DNA of 64,000 nt from contig JBMNFL010000001.1 of NCBI GenBank assembly GCA_050949315.1, positions 768,001 through 832,000 of the forward strand, given 5' to 3'. How positions within the stretch are numbered: position 1 is the stretch's first letter; each line of letters starts with the position of its first letter. Below are positions 30,652 through 39,858 of this stretch, one piece after another. The translations under genes were made by a program, and so were the position numbers. This stretch comes from Bacilli bacterium (GTDB lineage: Bacteria; Bacillota_I; Bacilli_A; RFN20; UBA1709). The notes under the pieces are model-generated. The model was not told the origin of the DNA. It did not search any database and saw nothing but the letters and a program-made list of their open reading frames with translations.

Positions 30652-30788
30652 ATGTCTAACCTGGGGCTTTTATAAGCCAATAAAAATCTTCTTTGATAAA
30701 AAAAACTTAATAAATATGTTGAATATCAAAGTTAACACATCATTGTAACAATTTGTTGCTGAACAAGGTCCTTTTCTTGGGGTTTTTA

Positions 30789-30817
30789 TTGCTTTTATTT
30801 TTAAAAATATCTATAAT
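30789..30817 (+). promoter_or_regulatory. SigA promoter for hppA
   Basis: TTGCTT-17 bp-TATAAT. Confidence 0.6.
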
Positions 30818-30871
30818 GTTTAAGAGTATTTAAACCTAGTGGTTTTACTAGAAGTAAAAGGAGGGGTTAAT

Positions 30872-32992
30872 ATGCCCGTGATTATGGCAGCGTTTTTCTT
30901 GAGTAATATCTCAATTATTGTTGTCACTGCTGTAAGTTTACTTGGTCTATTGTATGCTTTAGTTCTTAGAGGAAAAGTTAACAAAGCTCAAGTTTCAGAC
31001 CCAAAGATGATTGAAATCCAATCATACATTCGCGAGGGAGCGATGGCGTTTTTAAAAAGAGAATATAAGACATTAGTAATTTTTGCTGGCGTGCTTTTTA
31101 TTGCCTTGCTTCTTGGTGTCAATTGGCAAACAGCAGTTTGTTTTTTAGGTGGGGCGCTCTTATCAGGCTTAGCAGGTCTTTTAGGTATGCGTGCCGCAAC
31201 AGCGGCCAACGCCAAAACAGCCTCGGCTGCTAAAGAAGGCGGAATGAATGCCGCTTTACAAGTGGCCTTCTCTGGCGGCGCAATTATGGGGCTCTGTGTT
31301 GTGGGCTTGGGCCTTGGCGGACTCAGCATATTCTTCATGCTCTTTAATTCTGGAGACACAGATTTAGTTACCGTTGCTAACATTGTTACTGGTTTTGGTT
31401 TAGGAGCTTCTTCCATTGCCTTGTTCTCACGGGTCGGTGGTGGTATCTATACCAAGGCAGCCGACGTCGGTGCGGACTTAGTTGGTAAGGTTGAAGCGGG
31501 AATCCCCGAAGATGATCCTAGAAACCCAGCCGTCATTGCTGATAACGTTGGTGACAATGTTGGTGACGTTGCTGGTATGGGGGCTGACTTATTTGAATCT
31601 TATGTTGGAGCGATTGTATCGGCTATTTCTTTAGGAGCCTTTATGGTTAACTTAGATCCTGCAGCGACTAATAGTTTCGCTTACATCGTTTATCCATTAT
31701 TCTTATCGGCCGTTGGTATAATTGCCGCGGTTATCGCAACTCTTTTTGTTAAGGGTGATAAAGACCCAGCCGCAGCTTTAAGAAAAGGGACTTATACGGC
31801 ATCGCTTATTGTTGTTGTGGCCGCTGCCGTTTTAAGCTGGGCCTACTTTGGCGGAGAATTTTATAAAACTTTCTGTTCAGTGGTTGTCGGTTTAGTTGTT
31901 GGTGTCGTTATTGGAACGGTTACCGAAATCTATACATCAGGTGATTATAAGCATGTTAAAAAGATTGCGGCCCAATCAGAAACCGGTCCAGCGACCAATA
32001 TTATTTCAGGAATTTCTACAGGTATGATGTCAACCATGGTTCCTGTTGTTTTGATTTCTATTGCAATTCTTGTGGCCTATTTTGTTAGCGGTGGCGTCGC
32101 AACACCGACAGCCGGTGTCTATGGTATTGCTTTAGCGGCTGTTGGTATGCTTTCAACTACGGGTATTACGATTGCTGTTGATGCCTATGGTCCAGTTGCC
32201 GACAATGCTGGTGGTATTGCTGAAATGAGCGGACAAGATGAGGATGTCCGTGAAATTACTGATAAGTTAGACGCGGTTGGTAATACGACAGCGGCGATGG
32301 GTAAAGGCTTTGCTATTGGTAGCGCCGCCTTAACTGCTTTAGCTTTATTTGTTACCTTCATCTTTAGTTTTAATGCGAAAACGCCTGGTGTTGATATTAC
32401 TACCAAATTAAATCTAGCCTCGCCCTTTGTTGTTGCCGGCTTATTAATCGGGGGTATGCTTCCTTTCTTATTCTCGGCCTTAACTATGTCTTCTGTTGGC
32501 AAGGCCGCCTTTGAAATGATTGAAGAAGTTCGTAGTCAATTTAAAAACGACCCTGGCATTATGGAAGGAACAAGCAAACCCAATTATTCTCGTTGTGTTG
32601 ATATTTCCACAAAAGCTGCTTTAAAGGAAATGATTATTCCTGGGCTCTTAGCGATTGTTGTTCCTCTACTCATCGGTGTTTTACTTGGTTATGAGGGTTT
32701 AGGTGGTCTTTTAGCAGGCTCCTTAGTCACTGGCGTTTTGTTGGCGATCTTTATGTCCAATGCTGGTGGCGCGTGGGACAACGCCAAGAAACTATTTGAA
32801 CAAACCGGTCGTAAAGGAACACCCGCTCATAAAGCCGCGGTTGTCGGTGATACTGTTGGCGATCCCTTTAAAGACACTTCAGGACCATCTATTAATATTC
32901 TAATTAAGTTAATGACAATTGTTGCCTTAGTCTTTATACCTTTGTTCTATGCCATTAATGAAGGACAAGGATTACTGAGTTTAATTAAGTAA
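30872..32992 (+). CDS. hppA: Membrane-bound K+-dependent, probably Na+-translocating, pyrophosphatase
   Basis: [35 protein letters not shown] (K+-dependent type), [17 protein letters not shown]. Confidence 0.95.
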   Translation: MPVIMAAFFLSNISIIVVTAVSLLGLLYALVLRGKVNKAQVSDPKMIEIQSYIREGAMAFLKREYKTLVIFAGVLFIALLLGVNWQTAVCFLGGALLSGLAGLLGMRAATAANAKTASAAKEGGMNAALQVAFSGGAIMGLCVVGLGLGGLSIFFMLFNSGDTDLVTVANIVTGFGLGASSIALFSRVGGGIYTKAADVGADLVGKVEAGIPEDDPRNPAVIADNVGDNVGDVAGMGADLFESYVGAIVSAISLGAFMVNLDPAATNSFAYIVYPLFLSAVGIIAAVIATLFVKGDKDPAAALRKGTYTASLIVVVAAAVLSWAYFGGEFYKTFCSVVVGLVVGVVIGTVTEIYTSGDYKHVKKIAAQSETGPATNIISGISTGMMSTMVPVVLISIAILVAYFVSGGVATPTAGVYGIALAAVGMLSTTGITIAVDAYGPVADNAGGIAEMSGQDEDVREITDKLDAVGNTTAAMGKGFAIGSAALTALALFVTFIFSFNAKTPGVDITTKLNLASPFVVAGLLIGGMLPFLFSALTMSSVGKAAFEMIEEVRSQFKNDPGIMEGTSKPNYSRCVDISTKAALKEMIIPGLLAIVVPLLIGVLLGYEGLGGLLAGSLVTGVLLAIFMSNAGGAWDNAKKLFEQTGRKGTPAHKAAVVGDTVGDPFKDTSGPSINILIKLMTIVALVFIPLFYAINEGQGLLSLIK

Positions 32993-33001
32993 AAAAGAAT
33001 A

Positions 33002-33044
33002 AAAAGTACCCAAAATCTAAATTGCAGAAAAGGGTACTTTTTTG
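33002..33044 (+). terminator. hppA terminator
   Basis: AAAAGTACCC...GGGTACTTTT followed by T-run. Confidence 0.75.
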
Positions 33045-33049
33045 TTTCC

Positions 33050-33135
33050 AAAAAAACAACCAATTGAGTGATTACCTTGCTGACCGAAGCCGCCAGTATC
33101 GAACGCCCGAAGCGTTTGTCAATTGGCTGTTTAAG
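33050..33135 (-). ncRNA. Candidate structured sRNA A
   Basis: 14-bp closing stem AAACAGCCAAUUGA/UCAAUUGGUUGUUU plus U-tail, two inner hairpins each containing CUUCGG; G-U pairs favour the minus strand. Confidence 0.55.
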
Positions 33136-33283
33136 TTACATTACATAACGTCAAGTTTTACCTACTATAAGAGTATATTTGTGTAAAGATTTGAAAAGAT
33201 ATATAATTTTGGCATCAGAGTATATTAAAATGAATTTAAGCCACAAATTAAAAACGTAATCTATTTAGAGGAGGTAGTAGGAA

Positions 33284-33613
33284 ATGGGAAGTAGATGGAA
33301 TGAGACATCAATTAGAGTATTAACCAGTCTTGAATCAATGGCTTTAGCAGTAGAAAGTTTGTTATGGAAGTATCAAATACCTGAAGAAATCGCTGATATG
33401 TTTATGAGTGATTTAGAATCTGTAAAAAAGAGAATTGAAAAAGATAAAGAAGAGGAAGAATGTTTGTCACTTTGGGACAAAAAGAAATTACTAGAGAAGT
33501 TTGCTAACAAAGATAATCTATCAGAAATAGAACAAAAGGCTGTTAATGAGATTATTAATCTAGCTAAGGAAATGCTTATTAAAGAAGCCGAGGCAAACAA
33601 AGAGAAAAAGTGA
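33284..33613 (+). CDS. ORFan helical acidic protein (109 aa)
   Basis: Strong RBS GAGGAGGT; candidate promoter TTGTGT-17-TATAAT (~33179-33207); no family recognised. Confidence 0.75.
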   Translation: MGSRWNETSIRVLTSLESMALAVESLLWKYQIPEEIADMFMSDLESVKKRIEKDKEEEECLSLWDKKKLLEKFANKDNLSEIEQKAVNEIINLAKEMLIKEAEANKEKK

Positions 33614-33636
33614 TAAATTTTTATTGATTAATAAAT

Positions 33637-33715
33637 AAAAAAGGTAAGTGCAGTGACATGATCTGGATTTTACGTGGGAACAAACCCACCACCAGCCGGT
33701 ATTGCACTTATCCAT
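33637..33715 (-). ncRNA. Candidate structured sRNA B
   Basis: Own promoter; closing stem GGAUAAGUGCA/UGCACUUACC plus U6; inner CUGG/CCAG and GUGGG/CCCAC helices. Confidence 0.55.
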
Positions 33716-33721
33716 GTGCTT

Positions 33722-33749
33722 ATTATAACAAAATCATAAAAAAAGTCAA
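33722..33749 (-). promoter_or_regulatory. SigA promoter of sRNA B
   Basis: TTGACT-16 bp-TATAAT with extended TG. Confidence 0.7.
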
Positions 33750-33828
33750 TGTTTTTATAAATAAGAAATCTATTGATAAAACCTAGGGTTTTTACAATTT
33801 TACAAAAATTTTACAAAGGTTTTCAATA

Positions 33829-33857
33829 TTGAAGTAGACTATTGTCTAAAGTATAAT
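33829..33857 (+). promoter_or_regulatory. SigA promoter of the wHTH-galU-PFOR region
   Basis: TTGAAG-17 bp-TATAAT; spacer contains the palindrome TAGAC-TATT-GTCTA. Confidence 0.65.
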
Positions 33858-33890
33858 AAAAATGTTAAAGTAAAAATGGGTGGTGATGAA

Positions 33891-34300
33891 ATGCCGGCAA
33901 TTAGATTTACTAAAGGTCGTGCGCGAGTGTATCTCAAGGCCATAAATAACTGGAAAAAGAAGACAATGTCCGTTGAGGAATTATCTTTAGAAGTAGGGAT
34001 TTATGAGGATGTTATTCGTGATCAACTCGCTTCTTTTGATCCACTCATTAGAATTATGGTTGATGTTGATGTTATTGCCTTAAAGCCGGAATTAGAAAAA
34101 TATATTGCGGCCAAGACTGTAAAACAAAAACAAGAAGGAAAAAACCTCACCCCAAATATAAAAGTGTGGTGGACTTTGTTTACAGAAATATGACAGTGCC
34201 TGGTGGACTTATCAATTCTGCCGTAAATTTAAGTTTTAACCAATTGAAAGATTTAAAGAAGTTGGTTAACGAAGAATATAAAGCTAAGAAGGAAAAATAA
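33891..34300 (+). CDS. Rex-like winged-helix protein split by a -1 frameshift (0 frame stops at 34193; -1 frame runs to 34300)
   Basis: RARVYLKAI..MSVEELSLEVGIYEDVIRDQLASF resembles the Rex DNA-binding domain; -1 frame KKPHPKYKSVVDFVYRNMTVPGGLINS..KEK* ends 1 nt before galU. Confidence 0.6.
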
Positions 34301-34301
34301 G

Positions 34302-35186
34302 ATGAAGAAAATCAAAAAGGTTGTTATTCCAGCGGCGGGCTTAGGTACTAGGTTCTTCCCCATTACTAAGTCAATCCCTAAAGAGATGCTTCCGATTATT
34401 GATGTCCCTGTTATTCAAGTTATTATAGATGAAGCCGTAAAAGCTGGCTTAGAAGAAGTGATTATTGTTAATAGTAGGGACAAGAAAGCAACAGAACATT
34501 ATTTCCAAGCGGATGAAGATTTAGAAAAAATGTTGCTCGCCAAGGGGCAGGAAGATTTAGTTAAACTTTTAAAGCAAATAGAAACCAAGGTAAAAATAAC
34601 TTTCACTTATCAAGATAATCCCCAAGGACTAGGGCATGCGGTTTTATGTGCAAAAGAGGCCGTTGGCGATGAGCCCTTTGCTGTTTTGCTTGGTGATGAT
34701 ATTGTGGTCAATTATCAAGGAGAACCAGCTATAAAACAATTGATGCGGGTTTATGAAGAAGTAAATTGTTCAATTGTTGGGGTTCAGGAAGTTGCCAAAG
34801 AAGATGTTAGTAAATATGGCATTGTCAAAGCCTTAAAGATGCAAGGACGTTTATCAGAATTGTGTGATTTGGTTGAGAAACCAGCAATTGAAGAAGCACC
34901 CAGTTGCTTGGCTATCCTAGGTTGCTATATTCTAACACCGAAGATTTTTGAACTTCTCGCTACTCAAGAAAGAGGAGCGGGCAATGAAATCCAGTTGACA
35001 GATGCAATCAAGCGTTTAGTTTCTTTAGAAGGCGTCTACGCCTATAATTTTGAGGGGCAACGTTTTGATGTGGGCGATAAATTAGGTTATGTTATGGCTA
35101 ATATTAATTTTGCCTTACACCGCAAAGAGTATCGCAAACCGCTACTAGCCTACTTAAAAGAAGAGATAGAAAAGGAGACGATTTAA
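34302..35186 (+). CDS. galU: UTP--glucose-1-phosphate uridylyltransferase
   Basis: VIPAAGLGTRF.P.TK..PKEMLP, GLGHAVL, LVEKP, EIQLTDAI. Confidence 0.96.
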   Translation: MKKIKKVVIPAAGLGTRFFPITKSIPKEMLPIIDVPVIQVIIDEAVKAGLEEVIIVNSRDKKATEHYFQADEDLEKMLLAKGQEDLVKLLKQIETKVKITFTYQDNPQGLGHAVLCAKEAVGDEPFAVLLGDDIVVNYQGEPAIKQLMRVYEEVNCSIVGVQEVAKEDVSKYGIVKALKMQGRLSELCDLVEKPAIEEAPSCLAILGCYILTPKIFELLATQERGAGNEIQLTDAIKRLVSLEGVYAYNFEGQRFDVGDKLGYVMANINFALHRKEYRKPLLAYLKEEIEKETI

Positions 35187-38100
35187 ATGCAGAAGAAGAT
35201 TTACAAGACGATGGATGGCAACGAAGCGGCCGCTTATGCTGCCTATGCTTTTACAGAAGTCGCGGCCATTTATCCGATTACCCCTTCTTCACCAATGGCT
35301 GAGCACATTGATGTCTGGTCGGTCAAGGGGCAAAAAAACATTTTTGGCGACAGAGTCAAAGTTATTGAGATGCAATCTGAAGGTGGTGCAGCCGGCGCTC
35401 TTCATGGAGTCTTACAGGCCGGCGCTTTAGCGACGACTTTTACCGCCTCGCAGGGTCTATTATTAATGATTCCTAACCTTTACAAACTAGTTGGTGAATT
35501 ATTACCAGGAGTTTTTCATGTTTCATCGCGAGCGTTAGCATCTCGCTCTTTATCGATTTTTGGTGATCATCAAGATATTTATGCTTGTCGGCAAACAGGT
35601 GTTAGTATTATCAGTTCTCATTCTGTTCAAGAGGTGGCAGATTTAGCACCCTTAGCCCATTTATTAGCCATCAAGGCTCATTGTCCTGTTATGCATTTCT
35701 TTGATGGTTTTAGAACCTCACATGAGATTCAAAAAATTGAAATACAAGACTATAAGGAATATGCGAAATTATTAGATAAAAAAGCTTTGCGGGCTTTTAG
35801 AGAAAACGCCTTAAATCCGCACACCAATCCCGTTACAAGAGGAACCAATGAAAATGATGACATTTGCTTCCAAGGTAAAGAAGCTGCTAACCTCCATTAT
35901 GATAATGTGTTGAAGGTAGCTGAAGAATACTTTGCCAAGATTTCTAAATTAACGGGGCGTCATTATGCGCCTTTTACTTATTATGGCGATCCAAAGGCAA
36001 CAAGAGTAATTGTGGCTATGGGCTCAGTAACCGAAACCGTTCAGGAAGTTATTGATGAATTACGTTCAACCGGTAATAAAGTTGGATTAGTAAAGGTTCA
36101 TCTGTATCGGCCCTTCTCTATTAAACATTTCTTAAAAGTTTTACCCAAGACTGTTAAAAAGATTGCGGTTTTAAATCGGACTAAAGAAATTGGAGCGATT
36201 GGCGAACCCCTATATTTAGATGTGGTAGCCGCTTTAGCCGATAGTGAAAGAAAGATTAAGGTTATCGGTGGTCGTTATGGTCTTTCCAGTAAAGACACCC
36301 AACCAAGAGCTATTAAAGCAGTTTATGATCATCTTAAAAAGCCCAATCCTTTTAATGGTTTTACTATCAGTATTATTGATGATGTTACCTTTAAATCACT
36401 AAAAGAGGATCCTAACTTTGTGGTTCGCAATTCTTATACCTCTTGTCTTTTTTATGGTATAGGAAGTGATGGGACGGTCTCGGCTAATAAGAATTCAATT
36501 AAGATTATCGGCGACCACACAGATCTATATTCACAAGCTTATTTTGCTTACGATTCTAAGAAAGCTGGTGGGGCGACTAGGAGTAATCTACGCTTTGGTC
36601 GTGAGCCAATCAGATCCACCTATCTTATTCAAAACGCCGATTTTATTTCCTGTTCACTGGATACTTATCTTTTTAAATATGATATGCTCACTAACCTTAA
36701 GGAAGGTGGGACCTTCTTACTTAATACCACCTTTGAAGGAGAAGAGTTAATCAAATATCTTCCTAATAAAGTGAAAAAACTTTTGGCTTTGAAAAAGGCC
36801 AAGTTCTATGTGATTAATGCTACTAAGATTGCTGAAAGCATCGGTATGGGCAATAGAACTAACACCATCTTACAAGCCTCTTTCTTTAAACTTAATCCCA
36901 GTATTCTAGACTTTGATCTAGCCATGGAGTATATGAAAGAAGCGGTAGTTAAAGCCTATGGTAAGAAAGGCCAAGATGTAGTTGAACTTAACTTCTTAGC
37001 CTTAGAAGAGGGTGCGAGAGCTTTAAAAGAAGTAAAGGTTGATCCTAAATGGCAAGAATATGAAGTCCGCAGTCTTAAAGAGGAAGCTAAAGATGAGTAT
37101 TATGATTACTACATTCCAAGTATCGCCTCCTTAGATGGTAATAATTTGCCGGTTTCGGTTTTTACGCGTAATGGCCTTTTAGATGGTACACATAAAAATG
37201 GTGTGTCCTATAATGAAAAACGTTGTACGGCTTCAGAAGTCCCGGTCTGGCTTAAAGAAAATTGTATTCAATGTGGTCGTTGTGTATTTGTTTGTCCACA
37301 CGCCACAATCCGCGCCTTCCTTTTAGATGAGGATGAAGTTGCTAACGCCCCAGATATTGTTAAAAACGATCTGGCCGACGCTTTAGGCGGACCTAGTGTA
37401 AAAGGTTTAAAATACCGTATTCAAATCTCGCCTGAAAACTGTGTTGGTTGTAAATTATGTGTAGTTGAGTGTCTGGGAAAAGTAGGGAAGAAAGCCTTAG
37501 AAATGCGCGATATCAACACACAACTGGAACAAGGTGTTGGGGCGGATTATCTTTATAAAAAAGTAAGTTATAAAACCAATTACTTCCCGACTACTGCCGT
37601 TAAAGGGGTTTCCTTTATGCGGCCATATTTTGAAGTTCCAGGCGCTTGTGCGGGCTGTGGAGAGACGCCTTACTATCGTTTGGTTTCTCAACTTTTTGGT
37701 CCCGATATGCTGATTGCTAACGCAACGGGTTGTTCTTCAATTTATAGTGCCGCCGCACCATCAACGGTCTTCTGTACAGACGAGAATAATGAAGGACCCG
37801 CTTGGGCCAACTCTTTATTTGAAGATAATGCGGAATATGGTTTTGGAATGCGGATGGCAACTAACTTTAAACTCTATGCCATCAGAAGAATAATGTTAGA
37901 AAATCTTGAGAAGTTAGAACCTGAACTCAAGATGTTGGTTGGACGTTATCTAGACAACCAAAGCGATAAAAAAATCGCTCGTGAAGTAAGACCACGCCTG
38001 CTTGAACTAATAGAAAACAGCAGTTGTGAAGGCATTAAAGAGGTTTTAAATTATAAAGAAGACATTGTAGATAAATCCATTTGGATAGTCGGTGGCGATG

Positions 38101-38726
38101 GTTGGGCCTATGATATTGGTTATGGCGGTTTAGATCACGTTTTAGCTAATAGAGAGAATGTTAATATTTTAGTTTTAGATACTGAAGTTTATTCTAACAC
38201 TGGTGGGCAAGCTTCAAAAGCTAGCCAAACAGGAGCGATTGCTAAATTCGCGGCCAGTGGTAAAAAGACCGCTAAAAAAGATTTAGCAGCCCTAGCCATG
38301 TCTTATAAGCACGTCTATGTCGCTCAGGTTGCTATGGGAGCTAATCCTGTACAGGTAATAAAAGCTTTCCGCGAGGCCGAAAGTTATGACGGTCCTTCCA
38401 TCATTGTTGCATATTCACCTTGTATTGAACACGGGATTAAGAGTGGAATGGATAGTCATCAAGAGGTTCAAAGAAAGGCCGTGGCTTGTGGCTACTTCCC
38501 AATCTATCGTTATGATCCCCGAAAAGAAGAACCCTTAGAAATTGACTGCAAAGAACCAGATTATGACACTTTCCGTGATTTTGTTTTAAACGAAACTCGT
38601 TTTAATCAGTTACCAAATGTTAATCCAGAAAACGCAGATGAACTATTAGAAAACTCTAAAAACTATGCTAAGGATCGTTATGACAATTTGGTGAATATAT
38701 TAAACCAACAAAAAAGAAACCGATAG
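35187..38726 (+). CDS. nifJ: Pyruvate:ferredoxin/flavodoxin oxidoreductase
   Basis: YPITPSS, EMQSEGGAAG, two CxxCxxCxxxC sites, GACAGCGETPY, GGDGWAYDIG. Confidence 0.97.
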   Translation: MQKKIYKTMDGNEAAAYAAYAFTEVAAIYPITPSSPMAEHIDVWSVKGQKNIFGDRVKVIEMQSEGGAAGALHGVLQAGALATTFTASQGLLLMIPNLYKLVGELLPGVFHVSSRALASRSLSIFGDHQDIYACRQTGVSIISSHSVQEVADLAPLAHLLAIKAHCPVMHFFDGFRTSHEIQKIEIQDYKEYAKLLDKKALRAFRENALNPHTNPVTRGTNENDDICFQGKEAANLHYDNVLKVAEEYFAKISKLTGRHYAPFTYYGDPKATRVIVAMGSVTETVQEVIDELRSTGNKVGLVKVHLYRPFSIKHFLKVLPKTVKKIAVLNRTKEIGAIGEPLYLDVVAALADSERKIKVIGGRYGLSSKDTQPRAIKAVYDHLKKPNPFNGFTISIIDDVTFKSLKEDPNFVVRNSYTSCLFYGIGSDGTVSANKNSIKIIGDHTDLYSQAYFAYDSKKAGGATRSNLRFGREPIRSTYLIQNADFISCSLDTYLFKYDMLTNLKEGGTFLLNTTFEGEELIKYLPNKVKKLLALKKAKFYVINATKIAESIGMGNRTNTILQASFFKLNPSILDFDLAMEYMKEAVVKAYGKKGQDVVELNFLALEEGARALKEVKVDPKWQEYEVRSLKEEAKDEYYDYYIPSIASLDGNNLPVSVFTRNGLLDGTHKNGVSYNEKRCTASEVPVWLKENCIQCGRCVFVCPHATIRAFLLDEDEVANAPDIVKNDLADALGGPSVKGLKYRIQISPENCVGCKLCVVECLGKVGKKALEMRDINTQLEQGVGADYLYKKVSYKTNYFPTTAVKGVSFMRPYFEVPGACAGCGETPYYRLVSQLFGPDMLIANATGCSSIYSAAAPSTVFCTDENNEGPAWANSLFEDNAEYGFGMRMATNFKLYAIRRIMLENLEKLEPELKMLVGRYLDNQSDKKIAREVRPRLLELIENSSCEGIKEVLNYKEDIVDKSIWIVGGDGWAYDIGYGGLDHVLANRENVNILVLDTEVYSNTGGQASKASQTGAIAKFAASGKKTAKKDLAALAMSYKHVYVAQVAMGANPVQVIKAFREAESYDGPSIIVAYSPCIEHGIKSGMDSHQEVQRKAVACGYFPIYRYDPRKEEPLEIDCKEPDYDTFRDFVLNETRFNQLPNVNPENADELLENSKNYAKDRYDNLVNILNQQKRNR

Positions 38727-38749
38727 TAGTGTAGAAATTAATACAACAC

Positions 38750-38792
38750 AAAAAAGCCCTATTCAGATTTAATTTGAACGGGGCTTTTTATT
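38750..38792. terminator. Bidirectional terminator
   Basis: AAAAAGCCC...GGGCTTTTT between convergent genes. Confidence 0.8.
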
Positions 38793-38802
38793 TATTAGGT
38801 TT

Positions 38803-39819
38803 TTAACTAATTTCTTTTAATAAAGCTTCCACGGCTTTTTCCTTGGTGGCCCAAGAACAGACAAAACGAACTACATGTTTATTATTGGGCTTCTTTTCTT
38901 GGATATTAAAAAGAAATTTCTTTTGTAATTTTGCAATCAATTCATCACTAAGGATTGGGAATATTTGATTAGTTGAGGAAGGATAGGCCATCTCAAGGTT
39001 TTTGGCTAAAAGACCCTTTTGTAATTTCTGTGCCATTTCGTTAGCGTTTCTTGCAAGATCCAAATAAAGGTCATCTTTTAAAAAGGCCTCGAATTGAACA
39101 GCCGCAACAAAACCCTTCGCCGACAAACCACCGCGTTGTTTAATCATAAAACGGAAGTCTTCATTTAGTTTGGGATTAATTATTACTAAGATTTCACCAA
39201 AGAGAAGCCCGTTTTTAGTTCCGCCAAGATAAAAGGCATCACATAATTCGGCTATAGTTACTAGATCAAGATCATTGTCTTCAGCCACTAACGCGTTAGC
39301 TAGACGAGCGCCATCAAGATAGAGAAGAAGTTGATATTTATCGCAGATTTCCCGAATTTTAATCAATTCATCTTTATAATAGATGGTACCAACTTCGGTG
39401 GCACTAGAGATAAAAACCATTTTTGGTTTAACCATATGTTCATCGGTGTGTTCTAGAACTACTTTTTCAATAGTTTCAGCATCTAATTTGCCGTTTGTAG
39501 AGGGGCAAGCGATAATTTTATGACCAGTAGCTTCAATTGCCCCTGTTTCATGTACGGCGATATGACCTGTATCAGGAGAAATAACCGCCTCAAAGGGCCT
39601 TAAAACCGCGGCTATAAAAGTTAAATTAACAATCGTTCCGCCAGGCAGGATATGAGTATGAAGTCGATTATTTTTTGTAAGTTTTCTTATTAGGGTTTGA
39701 ACATTTTTAGAATGTTTATCTAAACCATAACCTTTATTTTGTTCTTTTAAGTTTACAAGAGTCTCTAAGACTTTAGGGTGAGCGCCTTCACTATAGTCAT
39801 TAGCAAAACTATAAATCAT
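38803..39819 (-). CDS. ltaE: Low-specificity L-threonine aldolase
   Basis: FANDYSEGAHP, HIAVHETGAIE, YLDGARL, GGTKNG. Confidence 0.88.
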   Translation of the reverse strand: MIYSFANDYSEGAHPKVLETLVNLKEQNKGYGLDKHSKNVQTLIRKLTKNNRLHTHILPGGTIVNLTFIAAVLRPFEAVISPDTGHIAVHETGAIEATGHKIIACPSTNGKLDAETIEKVVLEHTDEHMVKPKMVFISSATEVGTIYYKDELIKIREICDKYQLLLYLDGARLANALVAEDNDLDLVTIAELCDAFYLGGTKNGLLFGEILVIINPKLNEDFRFMIKQRGGLSAKGFVAAVQFEAFLKDDLYLDLARNANEMAQKLQKGLLAKNLEMAYPSSTNQIFPILSDELIAKLQKKFLFNIQEKKPNNKHVVRFVCSWATKEKAVEALLKEIS

Positions 39820-39858
39820 AATATCATCTCCGTTAATCATTATAAACTTTAACTTGTT

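Noticed and set aside
33637-33715. SRP RNA, tRNA-Sec or 6S identity for sRNA B
   Set aside because: No SRP helix-8 motif, no T-loop or cloverleaf, and too short for 6S.
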